A stretch of 64,000 bases of DNA from Alphaproteobacteria bacterium (GTDB lineage Bacteria; Pseudomonadota; Alphaproteobacteria; Micropepsales; Micropepsaceae), in NCBI GenBank assembly GCA_947474565.1, contig CANJIS010000009.1:2178-66177 (forward strand), read 5' to 3'. Of the stretch, positions 58,013 to 64,000 are shown one piece after another (the first letter of the stretch is position 1; every line of letters begins with the position of its first letter). A model generated the notes under the pieces. It worked only from the letters and a program-made list of their open reading frames with translations. It was not told the origin of the DNA and did no database searches. A program made the translations under genes and the position numbers.

Positions 58013-58988
58013 GCGCGCTCTTGAAAGCTTTGCGGCTTTCAAAGCCCTGCCAATAGATCAGCGCAGGAACGCCGATCACAATCTCTCTCGCCCGCTTGAG
58101 CAGCGATACCGCCAGTCCCATTTCCGCGGACAACCCGAACAGGGGCGCCAGAAAAACGTAACCCGCCTCCTGCACCCCGATAGCGGCGGGCACAAAGGCG
58201 GCAATGCTGCGCAGGGTGCAGAGCAAAGCTTCCAGTGCGATGGCATTGAGCAGGCTGATCTGACCGCCCACCAACTGGAAAGCGATAAAGGTGCCGCCGC
58301 CCGCGCCGATCCAGGAAATCAGATGCATGGCGGCGGAGGCCGCCAACCGGGAGGGCGAGTCGTAAAGCGTTTCGATAGCGGCGCGGAAGGAGACCCCGGT
58401 CTGGGTCTGCGGGAAAAAGCGGGCAGCGATTTTTTCCGCGAAGCTGGCGCCTTTTTTCTGCAACAGGATCAGAAGCGCGATGCCGGGCGCCGCCAGGATC
58501 AGCACCAGCACCATCGCCCAGGTCAGCGTGGTGCTGTTTTCCATGTGGCGGAATTGGGTGAAGCCCAGGCCCAATCCGAACGCCAGGAAAGCCACCTGTG
58601 CCATCGCCTCGGTGGTGGCGTCGGCAGCGACCGAAGCCGCCGCGTAAGAGGCGTTCATGCCCTTCAGGATCATCAGCCTTGCGGCGGCCACCATGCCGCC
58701 CACCGGCGAGAAGGGCGAGATCTCGGCGATGGAGTCGCGCACCAGCCGGGCAATATAGAGATCAGCGATGGGCCGGCGCTCTTCCTGCGGCAACAGAAAT
58801 TGCCATGCAAAAGCCAGCGAAATGAATACCACCAGGGCGTAGAGGCAGAGCAACGCCAGCCCGCCCAGACCGGCGCGCGCGACGGCGCCGAACACCGCGT
58901 CAAAACCGATGGCCCAGATGAGATAGACGGCCGCGACCAGCCCCACCAGAAGCGCGATGGCCACGCCTATCTTGGGGCCCCATTTCAT
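58005..58988 (-). CDS. hpnL: HpnL-like membrane protein (lysylphosphatidylglycerol synthase TM domain)
   Basis: RLVRDS, PVGGMV, FVPAAIGVQEAGY, SLLKRARE; multi-TM. Confidence 0.85.
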   Translation of the reverse strand: MKWGPKIGVAIALLVGLVAAVYLIWAIGFDAVFGAVARAGLGGLALLCLYALVVFISLAFAWQFLLPQEERRPIADLYIARLVRDSIAEISPFSPVGGMVAAARLMILKGMNASYAAASVAADATTEAMAQVAFLAFGLGLGFTQFRHMENSTTLTWAMVLVLILAAPGIALLILLQKKGASFAEKIAARFFPQTQTGVSFRAAIETLYDSPSRLAASAAMHLISWIGAGGGTFIAFQLVGGQISLLNAIALEALLCTLRSIAAFVPAAIGVQEAGYVFLAPLFGLSAEMGLAVSLLKRAREIVIGVPALIYWQGFESRKAFKSAHE

Positions 58989-58993
58989 TGGGT

Positions 58994-59842
58994 TCAGGCA
59001 GGCAGCGGCTTGGCGCGGAAGCTCCACAGCCGCATCGCGCCCAGCGCCGTTTCCGCCAGCTGCGGCAGGAAGCTGGGACGCAGCAATTCGGCGTCAAAAG
59101 CATCCATGCGGCGGCGGTTTTCCGAATAGCAGTCTTCCAGGAAGCGGCTGAAAGTGAAGCCGTCGAGGAACACCGAAGCCTGGGTGGCGGTGAATTCCTT
59201 GCCGTCGTTCAAGTCTTTGCCGCGCTTGGCGGTGCCGATCATGCGGCCCAAGGCGCGCATATAGTAGCGGAAAGAAGTCAGCGGCAGCATTACCTTCGAC
59301 AGCGCGCCCTTCTGTGCCTGGGTATAGGCCATCCAGTTGACGAAGAAGACGATGTGACGGGTTTCTTCGTACATCAGGGTTTCGAAGATGGCGAACATCT
59401 CTTTGGGAAGAAATTCCGACTGCATCGCGATCTTGAAGACGCCGAAGCCCAGGAAGGAATCCATGCATTCGCCAAAGCCGAAATCCTTGAAGCGGGTTTC
59501 GACATTGTCGGACACATCTTCCAGCGGCCGTTCGGCGGCGTCGATATTGTATTTCTTGATCATAAAACGGATCATCTCGGCGTGGCGGGCTTCCTCGAAA
59601 CCCTGCAGCGCCACGGCTTCCTTCAGCACCGGATCGGTGATGGTTTCCGTGAAAGCGGCGACAATCGCGCCCGCCCGGCGCTCGGTATAGAAAACCTCTT
59701 CCCAGAACGGCACCGATTTCAGCCGCTGCAAGGCAGCGTCATCCAGTTCAGGCCAAGGCAGCTTTTCCGGATGGAATTCCGAATATGTCCGCATGAAGTG
59801 ACTGCAAAATGCGTCGCGATGTTCGAGCGAGCCGATCTTCAT
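58994..59842 (-). CDS. Ferritin-like diiron-carboxylate protein, paralog B
   Basis: TERRAG...GFEEARH...GECMDSF...EETRH; E-x29-ExxH-x37-E-x34-ExxH. Confidence 0.85.
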   Translation of the reverse strand: MKIGSLEHRDAFCSHFMRTYSEFHPEKLPWPELDDAALQRLKSVPFWEEVFYTERRAGAIVAAFTETITDPVLKEAVALQGFEEARHAEMIRFMIKKYNIDAAERPLEDVSDNVETRFKDFGFGECMDSFLGFGVFKIAMQSEFLPKEMFAIFETLMYEETRHIVFFVNWMAYTQAQKGALSKVMLPLTSFRYYMRALGRMIGTAKRGKDLNDGKEFTATQASVFLDGFTFSRFLEDCYSENRRRMDAFDAELLRPSFLPQLAETALGAMRLWSFRAKPLPA

Positions 59843-60780
59843 GCTGCGGCCTTTTTCTTACCGACGAATTTCAGCGCCATCCGGGCCATGAACGGCACGA
59901 AACGGGGGCGCCTGAGACGGGCATCGTAAAGCGAAGTCGAAAGCCGCTTCTCATTTTCAGAAAGGCAGATGGTGATCAGCTCGCCAATATCGATATCGGC
60001 GCCCAGCTTGCTGGCGCCGTTCATGGTGAAATTCCAGTCCTGCTCGCCATGCCCGACGTCGGAAGCCATGTTGATCCGCTCATAAATCAGGAACAGCCAG
60101 ACCCCGAGTACCCGAAGCTCAAACCAGGGCCGGCGCCAGAACGGCATGTTGCGGCGATGCCAGGCCACCCAATTGACGAAGAAGAGGATATGCCGCCCCT
60201 CTTCCTTGATCACTGGATCAAAGGTCTCCACCAGTTCGGGCGGGAAAAATCCGGTGTCCTTGGCGGCCTTGAACAAACCGAAGGCGAAGAAGGAATCGAT
60301 ACATTCGCTATAGCCGGTGAGCAGGAAATGCCATTCCGGATCTTTCGGCTTTTCATAAACCGGTTCCGGCGACAGCTTGATGCCATAGGCTTCGACCAGA
60401 TTGGCCAGCACATGGCGGTGGCGGCGCTCTTCAAAGCCGTTCAGTTCGATGGCTTTGCGCAGCAAGGGATCGGGCACCATTTCGGCATAGGTGCAGACAT
60501 TCAGCCCGGCGCGATTTTCGGTCTGCACCGCGATGTCCCAGATCGGCAGGGAGGTGATGCGCTTCTCAGCTTCCTCGCCCAGACGGGGCCAATCCAGCAC
60601 GGCGGGGCGGTAGGGATCGAAGGTGTCCAGCAGGGTCTTGCAGAACAATCTTTTGTGCTCATCCGAGCCGATCTTGATCGGTCCGTCGCCCGGCCAGGTG
60701 CCGGTATCGCGGGTCAAGTCGGGGGGTATGGCAAAGGCCGAACTGCTCATGGAACCCGTGTTAAGTGTTTGAAATGTCAT
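59839..60780 (-). CDS. Ferritin-like diiron-carboxylate protein, paralog A
   Basis: TENRAG...GFEERRH...SECIDSF...EEGRH; same spacing as B; start at 60780 or 60750. Confidence 0.85.
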   Translation of the reverse strand: MTFQTLNTGSMSSSAFAIPPDLTRDTGTWPGDGPIKIGSDEHKRLFCKTLLDTFDPYRPAVLDWPRLGEEAEKRITSLPIWDIAVQTENRAGLNVCTYAEMVPDPLLRKAIELNGFEERRHRHVLANLVEAYGIKLSPEPVYEKPKDPEWHFLLTGYSECIDSFFAFGLFKAAKDTGFFPPELVETFDPVIKEEGRHILFFVNWVAWHRRNMPFWRRPWFELRVLGVWLFLIYERINMASDVGHGEQDWNFTMNGASKLGADIDIGELITICLSENEKRLSTSLYDARLRRPRFVPFMARMALKFVGKKKAAA

Positions 60781-60808
60781 CGGCAACGCCCAGCCGCAGA
60801 CTTGTTTG

Positions 60809-61654
60809 TCAGTGTATCGGAAAGTCGCTGAAACCGCCAAGGCGAATATCGCCGCTGGCGATCAGACCCGGCATGCGCGGATCGATCAGGGCGGCCAGTT
60901 CGGCGCGGTATTCATAGTCCGGCACGGCACCTGGAAACGTACCGCCCGTGGCCGGATGCATATAAATCTCGGTCAGGCCCTTGGGCAGGTTGGAGAGAAG
61001 GCCAACCAGCCGGCCGGCCCGCATCGCCCCGCTCCAGGCCAGGCCGAAAACCTGATCGGGGGCGGCGATCCCGGCGCGGCGGAAACGGCTACGCAGGGCG
61101 CGGGCGAAAGGCTGGGTCAGCGCCACGGTGCCCGACACGCCGGTCTTTTCGATTGCGCGCAAGACCTTTTGCGGCTCCAGCGGCACACGTGCGCCTTTGG
61201 CGCCGTGACGGCGGGCGAATTTCACCATCACGTCGGCGATGGTGGGATGCAGATGAAAATGCTTGTGAGCGTTGACGTGGTCGAGCGGCAATCCCGTGGC
61301 TTCGAAGGCGGCGAACTGGGCTTCGACTTCCGCTTCCAGTTGGCGGCGCACCTTGGGCAGGAAGAACATTGCGGCGCCTGCCCGCGCCATATCGGTACGG
61401 AAAAAGCCGCGCTCATTCACCAGATCGGGCACCTTATCGGCGGGCAATACCGGCCTGCCCTCCACCAGCACCAGATGCAGGCCGACCCGCAGGTTCGGCA
61501 TGCCCCTGGCGCGGCGCAACGCATCGGCGGCGTGGGTGCCCGACACCATCAGGCTGGCGGCGGTGAGAATGCCATTGCGATGGGCGTGCTCAACCGCATC
61601 ATTGACCGCTTCGGCGGCGCCGAAGTCGTCTGCGGTGACGATGAGCCGTCGCAC
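60809..61654 (-). CDS. hpnK: Hopanoid biosynthesis-associated deacetylase (YdjC family)
   Basis: TADDFG, GLHL, HVNAHKHFHLHP, EIYMHP. Confidence 0.93.
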   Translation of the reverse strand: MRRLIVTADDFGAAEAVNDAVEHAHRNGILTAASLMVSGTHAADALRRARGMPNLRVGLHLVLVEGRPVLPADKVPDLVNERGFFRTDMARAGAAMFFLPKVRRQLEAEVEAQFAAFEATGLPLDHVNAHKHFHLHPTIADVMVKFARRHGAKGARVPLEPQKVLRAIEKTGVSGTVALTQPFARALRSRFRRAGIAAPDQVFGLAWSGAMRAGRLVGLLSNLPKGLTEIYMHPATGGTFPGAVPDYEYRAELAALIDPRMPGLIASGDIRLGGFSDFPIH

Positions 61655-61658
61655 CTTC

Positions 61659-63086
61659 TTAGGAAACGATCATGTCTTCGCGGTGGCGCAGGAACTGGAA
61701 GAATTCCACGCCCTCGCGCAGGCGGCGCACCATCATGTCGCGGGAGGTGAGCATTTCGCCCAGGATCTCGGCGATCTTGGAGGGGCGGAAATAGAACTTC
61801 TTGTAGAAGTGCTCCACCGACTCGAAGATTTCCGTGTGGCCGAGATGCGGATAATTCAGCGGCGCGATCTGGGTGCCGTCATCGGTCAGCAGATCCACAT
61901 CCGATGCGAACCAGCCATTTTCCTTGGCCTGCTTGTAGAGGAAGGTGCCCGGATAGGGCGCAGCCAGCGATACCTGCAAGGTGCGCGGATTGACTTCCTT
62001 GGCGAAGGCCAGGGTTTCCTGGATGGTCTCGCGCGTCTCGCCCGGCAGGCCCAGAATAAAGGTGCCGTGCACAACAATGCCCAGATCATTGCAATCCTTG
62101 GCGAAGCGCTTGGCGACAGGCACCAGGAGGCCCTTCTTGATGTTGTGCAGGATCTGCTGATTGCCGGATTCGTACCCGACCAGCAGCAGGCGAAGACCGC
62201 CCTTCTTCATCGCTTCCAGAGTCTTGCGCGGCACATTGGCCTTGGCATTGCACGACCACACCACGCCCAGCTTGCCCAGTTCGGCAGCCAGCTTTTCCAC
62301 GCGGTCGTGATTGTCGGTCAGAGTGTCGTCGTCAAAGAAGATTTCCCGCACCTGGGGATAATTCTCTTTCACATACTTCACTTCCTCGACGACCTTTTCG
62401 ATCGACTTGAAGCGATAGTTGTGGCCGCCAATCGTCTGGGGCCACAGGCAGAAGGTGCAGCGCGATTTGCAGCCGCGGCCGGTGTACCAGGACATATAGG
62501 GGTGCAGCAGATAGCCGCCGAAATATTTGGAGACATCGAGCTGCTTGTACATCGGCAAAACCGACGGCAGCTTGTCCATGTCCATCAGGATTTCGCGTTC
62601 CGGATTGGTGACGATTTCACCAGCCGCATTGCGCCAGGTCAGACCCTTGATGCCGGCCCAATCATCGCCGCGCGCCAGTTCCTGAACGGTGAACTCATAC
62701 TCATTGCGGCAGACGAAATCGAGCGCCGGGCAGGCTTCCATGCTCTGGTTCGGTTCGACCGCCACCTTGGCGCCGATGAGACCGATCTTGGCGGTGGGGT
62801 TGATGGCGCGGATCATGCCCGCGGTCTTGCAGTCCGACTTAAAGCTGGGCGTGGAAGTGTGAATGATGATCAGCTCATGCGCCTTCACATCGGCTTCAAT
62901 GTCCTTGAAGGAGAGATAGTGCGGCGGGGCGTCGATGATGCGCGAGCCCGGCACCATCACGGCGGCTTGAGCCAGCCAGGTGGGGAACCAGAAGCTCTTG
63001 ACCTCGCGCTTCATCTGATAGCGCGCGCCGGCGCCGCCGTCATAACCGTCAAAGGAGGGAGCCTGGAGGAAAAGAGACTTCATCAT
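61659..63086 (-). CDS. hpnJ: Hopanoid biosynthesis-associated radical SAM protein
   Basis: DGGAGARYQ, GRGCKSRCTFCLWPQT, B12-binding-like N-terminus. Confidence 0.95.
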   Translation of the reverse strand: MMKSLFLQAPSFDGYDGGAGARYQMKREVKSFWFPTWLAQAAVMVPGSRIIDAPPHYLSFKDIEADVKAHELIIIHTSTPSFKSDCKTAGMIRAINPTAKIGLIGAKVAVEPNQSMEACPALDFVCRNEYEFTVQELARGDDWAGIKGLTWRNAAGEIVTNPEREILMDMDKLPSVLPMYKQLDVSKYFGGYLLHPYMSWYTGRGCKSRCTFCLWPQTIGGHNYRFKSIEKVVEEVKYVKENYPQVREIFFDDDTLTDNHDRVEKLAAELGKLGVVWSCNAKANVPRKTLEAMKKGGLRLLLVGYESGNQQILHNIKKGLLVPVAKRFAKDCNDLGIVVHGTFILGLPGETRETIQETLAFAKEVNPRTLQVSLAAPYPGTFLYKQAKENGWFASDVDLLTDDGTQIAPLNYPHLGHTEIFESVEHFYKKFYFRPSKIAEILGEMLTSRDMMVRRLREGVEFFQFLRHREDMIVS

Positions 63087-64000
63087 TGCACTGCCTCAAC
63101 TGATTCAGACGGTAAAATCACGCCATCCGGTGCGACTTCCAGGCGGGCACCCCGCCAATGAACTGTCTCGCCGAACATGGATGCCACAAATACCACGAAA
63201 CTCAGGATATCCCGGAACGGCAACAGCCAGGCGGGGCCCGCATGCGTGGCAAAAATACTGTCGATGCGGTACTTTAAAAACAGCCGCGCGCCAAGCGCTA
63301 TTCCCAGGACCGCCAGGCCAAATGGCCGGAAACCCAGCAAAATCGCGGCCATAAGGGCCAAGGGCACGGCAAAAGTAATGAAGCTGCCGGCGTGGCCTGC
63401 CGGGTTAATGCGGCGGATAGTGCGGCTCCAGCGCAACTCATGCCGGACGAGTTCCCGGGCCGAGGCGTCGGACGCGCTGTGACTGACCCCGATGGCCGGG
63501 ATGGCGAGGCGAAGCCCCAGCCCCCGTACCGCCCGGCCCATTTCATAATCATCGGCCAGGTGATTGGCGAAAGCGGCAAAGCCGCCGATACGGGTGAGCG
63601 TGGCGCGGGTGAAGGCGATGGTGGAGCCCATGCAGGGTTCCGCAAGCCCCAGCGCAATACCGGTCAGGGCATTGGGCAGGAATTCATAGGAGGTGCCCAT
63701 CGCCGCCATGGTCGGCCACAGGCCCGTGGCTCCAGCCACGCCTTTATAAAGACAGGTGACCAGACCCACGCCCGGCTGCGCCAGCGCGGCGGTAACCTGG
63801 GACAGCCAATCGCGCGGCACATTGATGTCGCTGTCGCTCAGCACCAGAATATCGTGCCGGGCGGCGGGCAGCATATTGATGAGATTGGAGATCTTGGCAT
63901 TGGCGCCAGCAACCGCCGCATCGGCGACAATGGTGGTGTCGAAGCCCGGATATCTGGCTTGAAGCGCTCGCACCGCTTCCAGCGCCGGATCGGATGCATC
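63083..64000 (-). CDS. hpnI: Bacteriohopanetetrol glycosyltransferase; 5' end lies beyond the window
   Basis: GANAKISNL, LSDSD, GLVTCLY, LADDYEMG, HELRW. Confidence 0.9.
   Translation of the reverse strand, partial: DASDPALEAVRALQARYPGFDTTIVADAAVAGANAKISNLINMLPAARHDILVLSDSDINVPRDWLSQVTAALAQPGVGLVTCLYKGVAGATGLWPTMAAMGTSYEFLPNALTGIALGLAEPCMGSTIAFTRATLTRIGGFAAFANHLADDYEMGRAVRGLGLRLAIPAIGVSHSASDASARELVRHELRWSRTIRRINPAGHAGSFITFAVPLALMAAILLGFRPFGLAVLGIALGARLFLKYRIDSIFATHAGPAWLLPFRDILSFVVFVASMFGETVHWRGARLEVAPDGVILPSESVEAVQ

Noticed and set aside
56892-59129. 745-aa plus-strand ORF, and likewise 61272-63161, 41577-42947, 52196-53473 and other long antisense ORFs
   Set aside because: Antisense shadows of high-GC genes with clear family motifs on the other strand; no motifs of their own.

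Overview
GC-rich alphaproteobacterial chromosome segment; gcrA, chpT, eipA, rpoH and alpha-type serC support the class, but the genus cannot be determined here. The window opens on the last ~480 bp of an element integrated into a tRNA-Val(CAC) gene: the displaced 3' tRNA fragment is at 478-525, followed by an inverted copy of the T-arm and a second degenerate 3' copy. Next come ~43 kb of mostly housekeeping genes: TPR-methyltransferase, predicted PPi-PFK, hemF-hemC-hemE, metZ, apaG, folE, argE, argD-argF-hslO, gcrA, phoR-phoU-phoB without pstSCAB, arfB, a Kdo hydroxylase, chpT-cheY-cheR, cysQ, eipA, a solo secF, gcdH, tRNA-Glu(CTC), rluD-rpoH and serC-serA. The last ~20 kb is a hopanoid supercluster (hpnN, hpnM, ispA, ispH, hpnH, hpnG, shc, hpnE, D, C, B, A, L, K, J, partial hpnI). 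Two observations stand out. (1) Two translationally coupled, paralogous ferritin-like diiron-carboxylate proteins with complete ligand sets lie between hpnK and hpnL and are candidates for an unassigned oxidative hopanoid-tailoring enzyme. (2) A 143-bp palindromic micro-insertion at the start of hpnA is flanked by two synonymously diverged copies of the hpnA 5' end and creates a 48-aa bridging ORF that preserves translational coupling. Also found: a 58-aa ORF missing from the ORF track, three EcfG-type stress promoters, three probable leaderless genes, a Pho box and a CtrA-type box. No CRISPR array, rRNA, transposase or integrase is visible. All assignments come from reading motifs by eye; no database searches were run.
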